Shown in pieces: positions 26,801 through 40,301 of a stretch of 64,000 nt of DNA. The position numbers and the translations under genes are program-made. The DNA comes from the human T2T-CHM13v2.0 reference genome, Homo sapiens, in the NCBI RefSeq assembly GCF_009914755.1, contig NC_060932.1. One strand, 5' to 3'. The notes under the pieces are model-generated. The model searched no databases and was not told the DNA's origin. It saw nothing but the letters and a program-made list of their open reading frames with translations. Position 1 is the stretch's first letter. The number at the start of each line of letters is the position of its first letter.

Positions 26801-27200
26801 ACTTTCTTCTAGACGAAGATTTAAATCAGGTGGTAAAATACATCATTAACTTGGGACAAGTTCAGCAGGCCATCTTGCAATATGATAATAAGATGTGACC
26901 TCAGCCGGGTCATGGAGTTTCAGATCATTTCCCTGCTAGCCCAGGTGCACAGGTCCTACTCAAGACATGGCGAAAAGGAAGCCCAGAGGCTTAGTTCACT
27001 GAGAAATGAAAGGGTCCATACCAGGTTTCCTTGGCTACTCCATCAGCTGTACAGTTGGAAGGACTTGTCTCTAGAATAAAACCTTTTGCTTCTCCTGATG
27101 GACGACAGGCCTGCTTGGAGAAAACAGTCTACTCCCGTAAACCTATAGAGGACCTCAAGTATTTGTTCAAGAAGCTGCCTCTGGAAGACAGCAATAGTTA
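23881..27200 (+). pseudogene. Class I (gamma-like) ERV internal remnant: gag end, protease, RT, RNase H, integrase C-terminus
   Basis: HFITQVPPDIWRKVQKL and CSYYKKEGHWKRDC (gag, decayed zinc knuckle); LLDTGTTYSVL (protease); VLDLEDTYF, YTWTVLPQGFQDS, LLQYVDDLL (RT); AELKAL (RNase H); GPYQVSLATPSAV (integrase); many stops and frameshifts. Confidence 0.92.
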
Positions 27201-27227
27201 AGTAACATCCTTATATAAATGATATAT

Positions 27228-27418
27228 ACCAGGGGATATGCAGACTATCTTCAGGACCCTGGCTTGATACCCCCAACTGCACAATTCATAACCTGAACCT
27301 CTCCATTCTCAATGACACCAGGGGATATGCAGACTATCTTCAGGACCCTGGCTTGCTACCCACCAACTGCACAATTCATAACCTAAATCTCTCCATTCTC
27401 AATGACACCAGGGGACAT
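27228..27418 (+). repeat. 89-90 bp tandem duplication (about 2.1 copies)
   Basis: ACCAGGGGA-starting units at 27228, 27317 and 27407. Confidence 0.9.
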
Positions 27419-28148
27419 TCGAATTTGGGCTCCTCTTGGAATTGTTTTCCCTCGAGGCCACGCTAATGACCTCCTCAACCACCCTGCTTGCCTAGCTCTT
27501 TCCCCCTGCATGGCTCTGTGGGCTTGGACACCCCAAGCCCAGGCCAAGGAAGGGCCAGGTCTGGCACCCAGAAGTCCCCCACTTGACCTTGACTCCTTCA
27601 AGTCCCCCAATAAACTGCCAGTGAACCACCACAAGCTGCCCAAATCCATTGCGTTAGACTGATGCAACTGAGTGATGGGGAAGGTGTGGGTCCCTCCAGC
27701 TTTCGTGGGTGCTAAGACTGCTGGGTGTCTGGCACTGCTCTGGCCCTGGGACACAGCAGTTAGGAGGCCAACCAGGCCCTGGCCTTCTGGCTTCAGAGTC
27801 CAAGAGGGACAGAAGTATTCCTTGCTTATGTATTCCCTGTGTAAGATTGCAGCAAGGCTATGCACCCTGGGAGAGGTTCGCTGTGCAAGGAGAGCCCTGG
27901 GGATCTTGCCCAGTCTCTGGGCCCAGGAAGCGGAAGATGGAAGAGGAGGGAACAGCATGTGGGTGGGAGGGGAGCTGGGAGAGCAGAAGTTGGGAATGAA
28001 TGGGCAGGGGCAGGAGCAGAGGAGGTCTGGAGGGTGGGTAGAGACCTTGGAAGCTCCAACTGGTTTCTCATTCATCCATCTTCACCGGTATCTCCAGGGC
28101 TAAGCCTCCAGCTCTGGGTCCCTCCCCTGGCAGGAGAGGACACAGTGG

Positions 28149-28941
28149 TGTAAACCAAAAATGAAATTCTAAGCACCCCCACCATCTGAATGCACCCCTG
28201 CTCTTGACCAAGGGCAGTCCAGGGTTAACCTGAAACACTAGTTCAGACCACGACAGGAAATGGGTGTTGGATATGCCTCACTGTACCCTCCTCCCTTTGG
28301 ATTTCAGGCCCAGCTGACCAGCAGTAACATCAACACACCCCTTAAAGACTGAGAGAACAGACTCTTTAAGTCTGATGAGAAACATTTACAATCTATTCTC
28401 TCTGAAGCCTGCTACCTGGAGGCTTCATCTGATCATGAAACACTGGTCTCCACGACCCCTTATCTTAACCAGACATTCCTTTCTATTAATGCTAAGTCTT
28501 TAAAAAATAACTTTTTTTTTTTTTTTTTTTTTGGAGAAGTGAGGTCTCTCTATGTTGCCCAAGCTGGTATCTAACTCCTGGGCTCAAATGGTCCTCAGCC
28601 TCCCCATGGCAAGGATTATAGAAATGGCCCACCATGCCCGGTCAACTTAACTCTTTCAATCAATTGCCAATCAGAAAATCTTTGAATCTGCCTATGACCT
28701 AGAAGTCCCTCTGTCACTTCCAGTTGTCCCCACCTTTCTGGACCAAACCAATGTCCATCCTGCAAGTATTCATTGATGTCTTATGTCTCCCTAAAATTTG
28801 TAAAACCCAGTTGCAGGCTGACCACTCTGGGTACAAGTTCTCAGGATCTTCTGAGGCCGTGTGACAGGCCACAGTCACTTAGATTTGGCTCAGAATAAAT
28901 CTCTTCAAACATTGCACAGTGTTTCACTCTTTTTGTTGGCA
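28149..28941 (+). mobile_element. MER4-family ERV1 solo LTR containing an Alu monomer (about 28512-28643)
   Basis: TGTAAACCAAAAATGAAATTCTAAG...TTTGGCTCAGAATAAATCTCTTCAAA...GGCA. Confidence 0.85.
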
Positions 28942-29114
28942 AGGGGACAACATGGGTGACCAGGAGGCTGCATTCTTTGAGCAATGGCCAACAGGCTCAA
29001 CGGCTATGTCCTCAGTCCCTTCAGCCCAAAAGGCCACCCCTCCCTGGGGCAGAGGGCTCAGAGCCCAGCTACGACAAGGTGACACTTCAGGGACAAGTGT
29101 GAGCAATGCTAGGG

Positions 29115-29596
29115 TGTTGGGAATAGGCCCCCAAAATCTGGCCATAAACAAAATCTCTGCAGCACTGTAACATGTTCATGATGGCCATGATGCCCACGCT
29201 GGGAGGTTGTGGGTTTACCGGAATAAGGGCAAGGAACACCTGGCCCACCCAGGGCAGAAAACCGCTTAAAGGCGTTCTTAAACCACAAACAATAGCATGA
29301 GCCATCTGTGACTTAAGGACATGCCCCTGCTGCAGATAACTAGCCAAACCCACCCCTTTATTTTGGCCCATCCCTTTGTTTCCCTAAGGGGTACTTTTAA
29401 TCTATAATCTGTAGAAACTGTGCTTATCACTGGCTTGCTGTGAATAAACACGTGGGTAAATCTCTGTTGGAGGCTCTCAGCTCTGAAGGCTGTGAGACGC
29501 CTGATTTCCCACTCCACACCTCTATATTTCTGTGTGTATCTTTAATTCCTCTAGCACCGCTGGGTTAGGGTCTCCAGGACCGAGCTGGTCTCGGCA
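29115..29596 (+). mobile_element. MER9 (ERVK) solo LTR
   Basis: TGTTGGGAATAGGCCCCCAAAATCTGGCCATAAAC...GAGCTGGTCTCGGCA; TSD CTAGGG / CTGGGG. Confidence 0.88.
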
Positions 29597-29729
29597 CTGG
29601 GGGAGCTGCCCTGATAGGTAGTGAGCTCCCTGTCCCTGGGGCTATCAAGCAGAGCCAGGTGCCGCCCCAGGGAGCTCCTTCTTTGAGGGCGGTCCAGAAC
29701 CCTGGAACCCCAGCCCAGGCCCAGGCCTG

Positions 29730-31300
29730 AATCCGGAGCTTGTTTAACCCAGCAATTCCGGGACCCCATCCCCGGTCGCTGGCATCCGCTGTCATTCGAG
29801 AGCCTGGGGCTGACGGGGAGAGCTGGTCCGGCCTTCTCTGGGCCGCCTTTCCTCCCCAGCCTCGTCAGGAAGGGGCACAGGACAGCCGAGCTGTGCGACA
29901 GCCCGCTGGGCCTGCGCCCCAGGGCCTCCGGCGACACTTGGAGTCCGCAGCTGAGTCACTGACTCTCACCCGGGCTCCCCCGCTTCCGCCCGGCCGTGAT
30001 TTGCTCCGGTTTCAAAAGGGAGGAAGGGCGGGAATGCTCGGGAAGAGCCTGGGGTTGGCAGGACCTTTAGGGGGTGGAATGAATGTCGTGAGGGCGAGTA
30101 AGGAGGTACCGGCTGGGGCTGAAAATGCGCACGGGGACCATGAGCGTGATTCGCCCTGAGCCGCTGCGAACGCCCTGCGAGCTGGGGTGGCCCTGGAGGT
30201 CCTGGAGCAGAAGCTAGGTTCCCGCAGAGTCCGCTGCAGCGCCGCTGGCGATCGGGCTGGGTCCCATTTTCCACGAAAAGTCCCGCGGCTTCGGCCGCGG
30301 AGGTGCTGGAGCCTTTGCGCTCAGACGAAGGGCCGAACGGCCAGGGCCAGGCCGCGTCTTCAGAGCCTGGCGAGGGTCTCGCGCTGCTGGGAAGGCGGAG
30401 ACGCCGGGGCGCGCGTGCACCCTCGCGCCTGCAGCGCCGCGCACGGCCGCCAGGTGCCGCTGTGGCGCTCAGCGCGCCGCCCGCCCCGCCCCAGGGAACG
30501 CGAAAGTGGCGCGGGCCTGGACGGCGGGACGGACCACGTAGGGCGCTGAGAAGGTCGCGCCACGGTGGGCGGGGCTCCGGGCCCCTCCCCCTCGGCCGCC
30601 CTCGCGCTGTGGTTCGCTCCGGGCGCGCTGCGCTCGTGAGTTCCCAGGAGGCCTGGCGGGCACCGTAACCAGCGCCGCGGACACCGGCACCGGCGCCACG
30701 GACTCCGCAGGACCCCGCGCCCGCCGCCGCCGCTATGCTGGGGCTGCTGGTGGCGTTGCTGGCCCTGGGGCTCGCTGTCTTTGCGCTGCTGGACGTCTGG
30801 TACCTGGTGCGCCTTCCGTGCGCCGTGCTGCGCGCGCGCCTGCTGCAGCCGCGCGTCCGTGACCTGCTAGCTGAGCAGCGCTTCCCGGGCCGCGTGCTGC
30901 CCTCGGACTTGGACCTGCTGCTGCACATGAACAACGCGCGCTACCTGCGCGAGGCCGACTTTGCGCGCGTCGCGCACCTGACCCGCTGCGGGGTGCTCGG
31001 GGCGCTGAGGGAGTTGCGGGCGCACACGGTGCTGGCGGCCTCGTGCGCGCGCCACCGCCGCTCGCTGCGCCTGCTGGAGCCCTTCGAGGTGCGCACCCGC
31101 CTGCTGGGCTGGGACGACCGCGCGTTCTACCTGGAGGCGCGCTTTGTCAGCCTGCGGGACGGCTTCGTGTGCGCGCTGCTGCGCTTCCGGCAGCACCTGC
31201 TGGGCACCTCACCCGAGCGCGTCGTGCAGCACCTGTGCCAGCGCAGGGTGAGCGGCCCCCGCCCCTGGCCCCGGAGCACGGCCTTTGTGGGACCTCCGGG
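29730..31300. promoter_or_regulatory. CpG island / THEM6 promoter, likely bidirectional
   Basis: Very CpG-dense; GC boxes near 30480 and 30570; AP-1 TGAGTCA at 29952-29958. Confidence 0.88.
30735..31247 (+). CDS. THEM6: THEM6 (thioesterase superfamily member 6) exon 1
   Basis: GCCGCTATG; hydrophobic N-terminus [19 protein letters not shown]; hotdog-fold motif [13 protein letters not shown]; donor AGG|GTGAGC; 513 nt = 171 codons. Confidence 0.96.
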
Positions 31301-32249
31301 GGCTCCTCCTAGTCCCTGGCCCCCTCCCCTAGGGAAGGCCCGCTGCCTGCACCTCTTTCGGATACTGCTGGAGTCCTGCCTCTTACCGCTCCCGCCCCTC
31401 CCTCTCTACCGGGGGCATTCCTCACTGATGCCTTTGTTCGTGGGGGTTCCTAGGGTCCCCGAATCAACTCTTCATAGTCGGGCTTAGCGTGCTTCCCTCC
31501 TGCCATTTCTTAACCTGGCCCCTCACGGTTTCGTGTTCACCCCTCTCCTCTCTCCTGGTACTCTGTTCTGTGGCTGGAGTGTTGACCTCTCTGGTCCTTG
31601 GTCCTGAATATAGGTTGGAGAGGTGATCAGTTAGAAGAGGTTCCTAGGAGTTCCCGAGGACCTGAGCCCCCCTTTCACACAGCTTAGAGCTGAAGGGCTG
31701 GGTTCTGGTCACCTGGGTTTGGGGTTGAGGTATTGAGCCGAGTAGCTGAAAGCCTTCTGGCCTTTCTGCAGTTGGAGAGAGGAGGGCCATGCACCTCCCA
31801 GGGCTCGCTCCTCCCAGCAGGGCAGAACCGCCCCTGCAGCATGGCACCTGGGGCCCTGGGGACGGCCACCAGGCCGATGTGGCCAGACCAGTTGCCAGAA
31901 AAGTTGCCTGGAGCGTCCGTGCAGGAAGCCAGGGCCTGTGCACCCCTGGTGTGCCCTTAGGGCACTGCCCTCTCCGGTCTCGGACAGGTGCCTCCCGAGC
32001 AGACGAGGGTCAACGTCTCATCTCAGTCCTGATGTTACAGGAAAGGGATTCAGATCCAGACCTCAAGGGAGGGTTCTTGGATCTTGTGTAAGAAAGAACT
32101 CAGGGCGAGTCTGCAGCGCACAGTGAAAGCAAGTTTATTAAGGTAAAGCGGTGAAAGAATAGCTGGTCCGTAGACCCAGTAGCATGTTCCTGTAAGAGGA
32201 GGAACGCGTCCACCCTAGGTGCAATGCTTGTATATATGGGGAGATGTGA

Positions 32250-32603
<354 letters not shown>

Positions 32604-34081
32604 TAATTTGTTCCCTTAACTGTGTTTGAAACGCTTGTTCCCCGGTGCCGTAAAGAAATAGCACGTGAACATAAATTTAATTTCCTCAGCAAGGCCATTT
32701 TTACTTCCTGCAGAAAGGGTACACTCGCCAGCAGCTTTGCCATGAGAGTACACCGAACAAAGGAGACAGGCTCATTTATAACCTGATGTGTAACAATCGC
32801 TTTTATTTAAAGTGCGAACGGAATATTTAATCCATTTCAGCCAGGGATTTGCATCTTGATACTCTCTCGATGGCTAAGGTCTGTTTTAGATCTCTTATTT
32901 TTACAATAGACACCCTAGTTTTATTATTAGATGTAGAAGCAACCGGTGTGAGATCTAGAACTGAGGCTACTGAAGAAGGGGGAGATGGGGGAATAATGCG
33001 TATTTAAAAAATACCTAGGGGGTCTTTTCCATTTATGTCAATCCCCATACCACAGAAGCGACTGAGGGCAGGTCTAGAGTTAGTTAAGGTGGAGGTGGTG
33101 ATAGAGAAGGACAGGGTTACACTGATAAGGCTGACAGTTCGAAAGGGTAGTCCTTTCAGTGAAATAGATGAGGGGTTTTAGATCTGCACAGACCTTTTTC
33201 TTGGAAGTTTAACTTTGCTCCTGAGCAGTTGAATGTGTATAGTCCCGTTTACTACAAAGTTGGCAGGCTATAGGAGCAGAACATTGGCATCTTGGCTGCA
33301 GGTCATTACGATAATGAGAGCTAGGGGTAACCATGTCCATCAGAGGGCTGGGACGTAAGCATTTGTGTGAAAAGGCTAGCTGTTGTTGATCTTTTACATT
33401 TCCGCAAGGTATGACAGAACAAGCATTCAAGGCGGTGGTCTGAGGTGAGTTAGTTACAGTAATAACAAAGGCGCTAGTAACAATAAGGAAAGGAAGCAAT
33501 ATGAAGGTACAGGAAAATTAAGCTTTCTTTAACTTTAACTTAGTAGGATTGGTCCTAGTACAGTCATCCATGATTCTGAGAGAAAGATGTTTTCTTGACT
33601 GGAGTGTGGTCGTTTTTTTCTTGGCTCTGCGGATGGCAGTCTCAGTGGTTAACAGCATAAAATAGGGTTCTTCCCAGGCTGGCTCAAGTTTTTTCTTTCT
33701 GTCTTTTGATGAGGACGTGGTTTTCAGGCTGGTGCTGGTGTACTGGAAATTCTAGGGGTGGTACCTAGAACTAAAAGTCTTTTAGTTCTGAGGGAAGGGA
33801 AACTGGAAGATAAATTAAGTATATCATTTTTGCTGCATATCCTGGGGCTTGAGGCCCCATGGTGATGCCTCCCGCTCCATTCCTGCTCAGCGCCGCCCAG
33901 GGGACACTGCGGCCCTGCCTCCTCTTAAGCTCTTGGCCTTCTTGGGGCCTTCACTGCCCCTGTGCACTGTGGCCTTGGACATGAGGGGCCTTGTGACTTA
34001 CCTGGCCACCTTCAGGCCTTAAGAAAGCTAAACACCATTTTATATTTGACAGTGCTTTTTGTATGATTTTATACCAGATAA

Positions 34082-34432
<351 letters not shown>

Positions 34433-35548
34433 AAACTTAATAAAATCTTGTAGACATTATTTATTCAATTTTAATGTCTGACTATAGGGTAAGATTTTTA
34501 TAGACTCTTTTTAAGCTTTTATAATTTTTGTTAAAGAGCGGGTTAGTGCTTTAAGAAAAATCTATTGTGCTTTTAACATCCAGTTCACAGAAAAACTGCA
34601 TGATACCCCTTTAGCTTTAGCCAATATGTTTACACACAGAATTTCCTTTACAATTAACATTTTAAAACTTGCTTAAACCTTTAAAACAAAATATATTTTT
34701 TAACCTTTTAATGTAGGTAAAAATCCATATTATGTCTCCTTATAATCCTGTTATTAAAAGTATTATTTTATTTTTCTGACATACCTTGTATATAAACTGT
34801 TTTTTTTTAAATAATTTTACATTCAGGAGGCCTAATTACTTTTAAATTATACACTATTTCTTGCATAAATTCCCTTTTATAGCTTTTCTTACAACTTTCA
34901 CAATCTTCAACATGTCTTAACTTTCTGCCTGCCTTTTACGCTATTTCTTTTTCTCAGTTTCACCCTCTATGTCTTCCTTTGATTTCTGTCTCTTCCAGTT
35001 TCTCTCTTATTCTTTCCCTCTGTATTTTAATCTCTTTCTGTCTCTTCTCTCTCTTCACTCTCTTCATCCCCTGCTTCCTTCTTCCCTCCTGAGTTCTCCC
35101 GCTCCTGCAGCAGCAGGGCCGGGCAATGGCACCAGCCCCTGGGCATGCACTGCCGTCAGTTTCTCTATCCACCCCCACCATTCCCCTTTTTACTTTTTTT
35201 CCCCTTTCTTCCTACACTTAGTTTCTCGGGCTGGGTGGGATTTGCATGGCTGCAGTCCGGCCCCGGCAGCCCAGAGGCTTGGCAGATGCCTGCCACAAAT
35301 TGCAAGAATTATGCCCTCTCACCTCCTCTGCTCTCTTCCTGGCGCCGCTGTGCTTGCTGTTTTTGCTTTCTTTTTTTCTGACTTCCTCTCCTAGTTCTTT
35401 TTCCTGTCTGCTGGTCTTTCCTTTGTCTCTGCCAGCCACCTATGCTGCTGTTTTCCCCCCTCTCCTTCCCCTTCCCCTGGGGGACCAACCAGCGGGAGTG
35501 AAGCTTAGCCTTTTTCTTTCCCTGTGAAGAGGGGAAAAGGGAGTTTTG

Positions 35549-35551
<3 letters not shown>

Positions 35552-35598
<47 letters not shown>
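35552..35598. repeat. (TA)n microsatellite
   Basis: Uninterrupted TA run of about 47 bp. Confidence 0.97.
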
Positions 35599-35599
<1 letters not shown>

Positions 35600-37072
35600 C
35601 TACTGGAGGTTTGTGTGAGGTTCAACCCCCTGAAATTAATGGAAGACTTAACCCCTCAAACCAGGGGTGTCTTGCCTTGCCTGCCCTGGGAGGTTGACCT
35701 GTTTCCTCCTTTCCCCCCAAAGGTCCCTTGCATACTTCCCACTTGTGTTGTCCTCTCTGGTCGCCCCCCCAAGGGAGAATTAGGCCCCTCTTAGTGTAGG
35801 CGTGCTGGTATAAATCCCACAGCAGGACCTGCCCTAAGCCATATGAGGTCACTACAGAACTGGAACCATGGAGGGGACCCACTCACTGTCCAGCAGGAGG
35901 ACTTGTCACCGTCCACACAAACCACACTGCAAGCAGGGTTGTCTGTGATCATTCACGCATACACACATTCAGCCCTCCAGAATTTCACCACCAAGGAAGT
36001 ACTTTACCAGCTTCTGTGGCTTCTCCTTCCTTGGTCTGTGCACAGAGTTGCAGCCCTGGTATGTGAGCATCCTTTACCTTAGGTTGCTGGCCAGTTTCTT
36101 TTTTTTTTTTTTTTCTGCATTGCTGAGAGTCCGGGTTTATTCGTCACACCAGGTGGGTCTCGATTTCTCATCCCTGAGGCCACTGCAGTGAGGCAGAGGA
36201 GCGTGCTCCCTCATGAGAGAGGAACAGAGACCGCCCCCGCAGGAGAATGTAGCCCTGTACGGATTGCCACCAAATTGTTTGAAATGCTTGTTCCCCGGTG
36301 CCGTAAAGAAACAGCAGTTGAACATAAATTTAATTTACTCAGCAAGGACATTTTTACTTCCTGCAGAAAGGACACACTTGCCATCAGCTTTGCCACAAGA
36401 GTTCACCCAACAAAGGAAACAGGGTCATTTATAACCTGACGCGTCCACCCTATTGCCGTCTCTGGTTTCCATTGACTGGGATGGGACCTCACATTCTGTA
36501 TCTGTCCGGATTGGCTAGCAACGTACAACTTTTTAAAAGAGGCAAAGGCAGAGGAGAACAAAGGAAGGAAGTAATTTGTGGAATGCTGAGAAAGGTAAAA
36601 ACACCTTCAAATAAGGAAGAGGAACAGGCTATGACCTAATGCCCGCTTGGACCAGTATAAGCATGCCAGGGCAAATATTTAGGCTAAATTGTGGGAGCTA
36701 AGAACCTAAAGTAGTACATTGCTTTCTTTATTACTGCTAGCAGATATTTAATAATGTTAGCACAGGTCTTTGAATAAATTTTGCTTCTAAGAGAAGTTAC
36801 TATTTATTCCTAATTAGATCGGTAGGAAAGTCTTTGAAGAGGAACCTCTACTTTACAACTAAACATCTAGAGGCTCGGAATGCCTCTTTCTGGGGATGCA
36901 GCCCAGCAGGCCCCAGCCTCATTTCCCAGCCCTCACTCAAAATGGAGTCGCTCTGGTTCCAGCGCCTCTGACACTGAGAGGTCATGTCAGGAATGGGGAA
37001 ACTGAGGCTCAGAGGAGCTATGGCACTGCACAAAGCTACACGGCTCCCTGGTCTTCTGTTTCTGTTGAGTCA

Positions 37073-37612
37073 TGTGAACCAAAAAGTATCGGAGATATGT
37101 CTCAGTCAATTTAGAAAGTTTACTTTGCCAAGGATAAGGACTCACCAGTCCTGACAACATGTGCCCAAGGTGGTCGGGGCACAGCTTGCTTTTATACATC
37201 TCAGGGAGGCACAATACATCTGTCAGTACATGTAAGATTCACATTGATGCCATCTGGAAGGGGGGCTTTCAGGTCATGGTAGATGTAAAAGTTTTCTGAT
37301 TGGCAGTTGGTTGAAAGAGCTATTATCAGTAGAAAGGCATGTCTGGGTTAAGATACTGGTTGTGGAGACCTAGGTTTTATTATGCAGATGAAGCCTCCAG
37401 GCTGCAGGCTTCAGAGGGAATAGATCATAAATGTTTCTTGTCGGACTTAAGGTCTGTGTTGTTAATGCTGGAGGGCATAACAGGCCTGTCCCACACCCTC
37501 TTCCATCATGGCCTGGGCTAGTCTTTCTGGTTAAATGTGGAGGGCCCTGGCCTATTGGAGGAAGTTCATTCAGATGGTTGGGGGTACCTTCCGATGTTAT
37601 TTTTGGTTTACA
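37073..37612 (-). mobile_element. MER4A-like solo LTR
   Basis: TGTGAACCAAAAAGTATC...TATTTTTGGTTTACA; 4-bp TSD GTCA. Confidence 0.85.
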
Positions 37613-38714
37613 GTCAGGAACCCCCTAAAAGGCCTAGATCTCTCTCTGTCCCCAGGTGCTGGACTCTGTATGTCTTTCATGCATCTAGAGTCCAGAGGCA
37701 AAGGCCACCAAGGCTGAGAGCCGGGCACGGAGGCCGAGGAGATGGGGAGCCAGGGTTGCTTTTCTGGGAAAGAGGGAGTGATAAAATCAGGCATGGGCTG
37801 GTTGGTGAGGTCCCTGTGGGAGGTGAAGGCTGGGACCCAGAACAGCAGAGACTCTGTCGATGATGTGGAAAGACCGCGGCTGCAGTTTGGGCAGGCTGAG
37901 CCAGGGTTGGGTCTTGCATGTTGAGAGGCTGGCCTGCGGTGATGTGGCCAAAGAGGAAGAGCTGGGCTGGGGTGAGTGTTGGTCACATGGTTGAAACTAG
38001 GTGGGGAGGGGAGTGGTCCAGGGGAGAGTCCAGGCCCAGCTCTGCTGGGACTTGCCATGGGGGTCACGACTCATCTGCAGGGAAGGTCTGGGCTTTATCT
38101 CTGAGCACCTCTGTGTGCTGCTCACCCTGAAGTGGGGGTGGGCCTGTGCCTGGCCTGTCCCCTCATCCTGGGAGCTCCCAATGCCCATCTGCAAGGCTGT
38201 GGACCCCTCAGGAGTGGCCTGGAGCCTGGCTCCCATTGCCACATGGTGGCTGTGTGTGTGGAGAGGGTTGATAGTGGAGTGGTCAGGCCCAGGCTGCCCT
38301 GGGGGATGAAGTGCCATCCTCTGGGTGCCCTGGAGAAAGAAGAGAACTCAGTGAGCCCTGTCTGGTACTTTCCTGGAGGAGGGCTCCCATGCTGGCCCTC
38401 CACCCCTCTGTCCCCTGTCACCCTGAGGCCTCTGGATTTCCTCTCTGCCCTTCCCAACCTGCCAACTTCACGGGTTTCTGGCTGGGTTCTGGGGATGGCC
38501 CCTAGGGGAGACGGGCCAGGCACAAGCGGGGCTGTGTCAAGGTGGGTATGCAGGGGTAGCACAAGTGTGCAGAGCCTGGGGAGGCATGGGCAAAGCATGG
38601 CAGGCGGCGGGGCAGGGGATCTTGGAAGGTCACGGGCTGGGGAGCAGTGTGGGCAGCGGCCCAGAGGTGGGAAGGCCGTAGCTTAGCTGGGTGTCCCCTT
38701 TCTGTCCTCTGCAG

Positions 38715-38828
38715 GTGGAGCCCCCTGAGCTGCCCGCTGATCTGCAGCACTGGATCTCCTACAACGAGGCCAGCAGCCAGCTGCTCCGCATGGAGAGTGG
38801 GCTCAGTGATGTCACCAAGGACCAGTGA
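38715..38828 (+). CDS. THEM6: THEM6 exon 2, coding part
   Basis: CCCTTTCTGTCCTCTGCAG acceptor; [37 protein letters not shown]; 171+37 = 208 aa. Confidence 0.95.
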   Translation: MEPPELPADLQHWISYNEASSQLLRMESGLSDVTKDQ

Positions 38829-40295
38829 CCGCCACCTTCACACCGTCTGCCCTGGCCACCATCCTGGGCCTGGGGGCTGCCCACAGATGGGCAGTCTCAG
38901 CCATACTCTGTTCCAGCTGGAGTAGCCTCCTGACCAGCCTGGCCCACCCTGCTCCACCCACTGGGCCCCCCCAGTTATTGATACCCCTCTGTGCTGGGCT
39001 CCACGCTAGGCAGAAGGAGGAGTGGCATTGGCATCCTGACCCAGCTCTGCCCTCAAGGTGGGGATGGATGGGCAAAGGAGAGTCCTGCCTGGCCCTACGA
39101 TGAGGCCACTCATGTGGGCCTAGGTAGGGGAGGATGGTGCCTGGAGCAGAGGGACCCACAAGTGCCTCCCGAGCCTAGATCCTGGCTCGGACCACTGCAA
39201 GGGCCGAGGCAGGGCCAGACCAGAGCATCCTGGGTACAGGCCTGGGCTCTCCAGGGCCTGGGCCTGATTCAGGTGCAGTGGGCACTCCTGAAGGGTCAGA
39301 GCGGCATCTGCCAGGCAGCCCCTCTGGCTTCCGCTGAGGTGGTTGCAGGCCTGGGGCAGAGCCTGGGTGGTCAGAGGCCGGGGCTAGAGGCAGATGGAAG
39401 GGAGGCATTTGCTGACAGAGGACGGGGCACCCGGGCTCCCCACTGCAGTCGGCCTTGCCTCCTCCTCCTCCTCTACCTCCAGTCAGGCTGGACGGGAGGG
39501 TAGCCTTGTGGCTGAGAGGGGTCAGACTAGGTGGCACAGGGGCTCCTGGAAAGACAGCAGGCTTCCTGCTGGGCGTTCCCTTGTTGGAGGGAATAGAGTG
39601 GGGGTGGGACTCTGCAGGGGTGTCCTTGTCCACTCGCACCCCTCGCCGCCCACCAGGGCCATGCTCTGTGACTTGGGCTGATCCCCACCCTTTCTGGGCC
39701 TACAGCACCACAGGCCGCTGTACCCCCTTAGAGCTGCCCCTCTCTGGCCTGGCCGGCAGGCGTCTTCTTAACTCCTTTGTCCTCTATATTCAGCATGTTC
39801 CTTGTCAGCTGCTGGGTCGGCCCTGCCTTGCGCTAGCAGAGCCTCTCCTGGCAGCTTCTCAGGTCTCCCTAATGGAGACACCAGGCTACTAGGACACTGG
39901 CTGGGGCCACCCCCTCCTGCCTAATGCCTCACCTTACAGCTGGGGAAACTGAGGCCTGGAATGGCCCAGAGTCACCAAGGCAAAGTTGGGGCTGGTCCCA
40001 GCCTGAGGCTCCAGCTGATGCCCTCAGCTCCCAGAGAGGGGGTGCCCCATCTAGCTGGGTGCAGGGGTCACTGCTTGTCAGCTCAGGGCCCTGTGCCCGC
40101 TTGCCTGTTCCCCTACATCTGTGCCTGCACATCCAGAACTGCCTCCTTGCCGCTGCCTCCAGGAAGCCCACCTTGAGCCAGAGTCAAGGGCTGCAGCACT
40201 GCCCGATAGAACACGCCCGCCCTCACTGCTGTTCTTGCCTTACAGCCACCATGGGAAAGCTGCAACCTTTCTGTTTTATTTAAAGAAAGCCCAAC

Positions 40296-40301
40296 ATTAA
40301 A
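40296..40301 (+). terminator. THEM6 polyA signal
   Basis: ATTAAA preceded by a U-rich tract, about 1.5 kb after the stop in otherwise GC-rich DNA. Confidence 0.7.

Noticed and set aside
29966-30934. 322-aa antisense ORF over THEM6
   Set aside because: Arg/Ala/Gly/Pro low-complexity shadow of a GC-rich CDS and island; no recognisable domain
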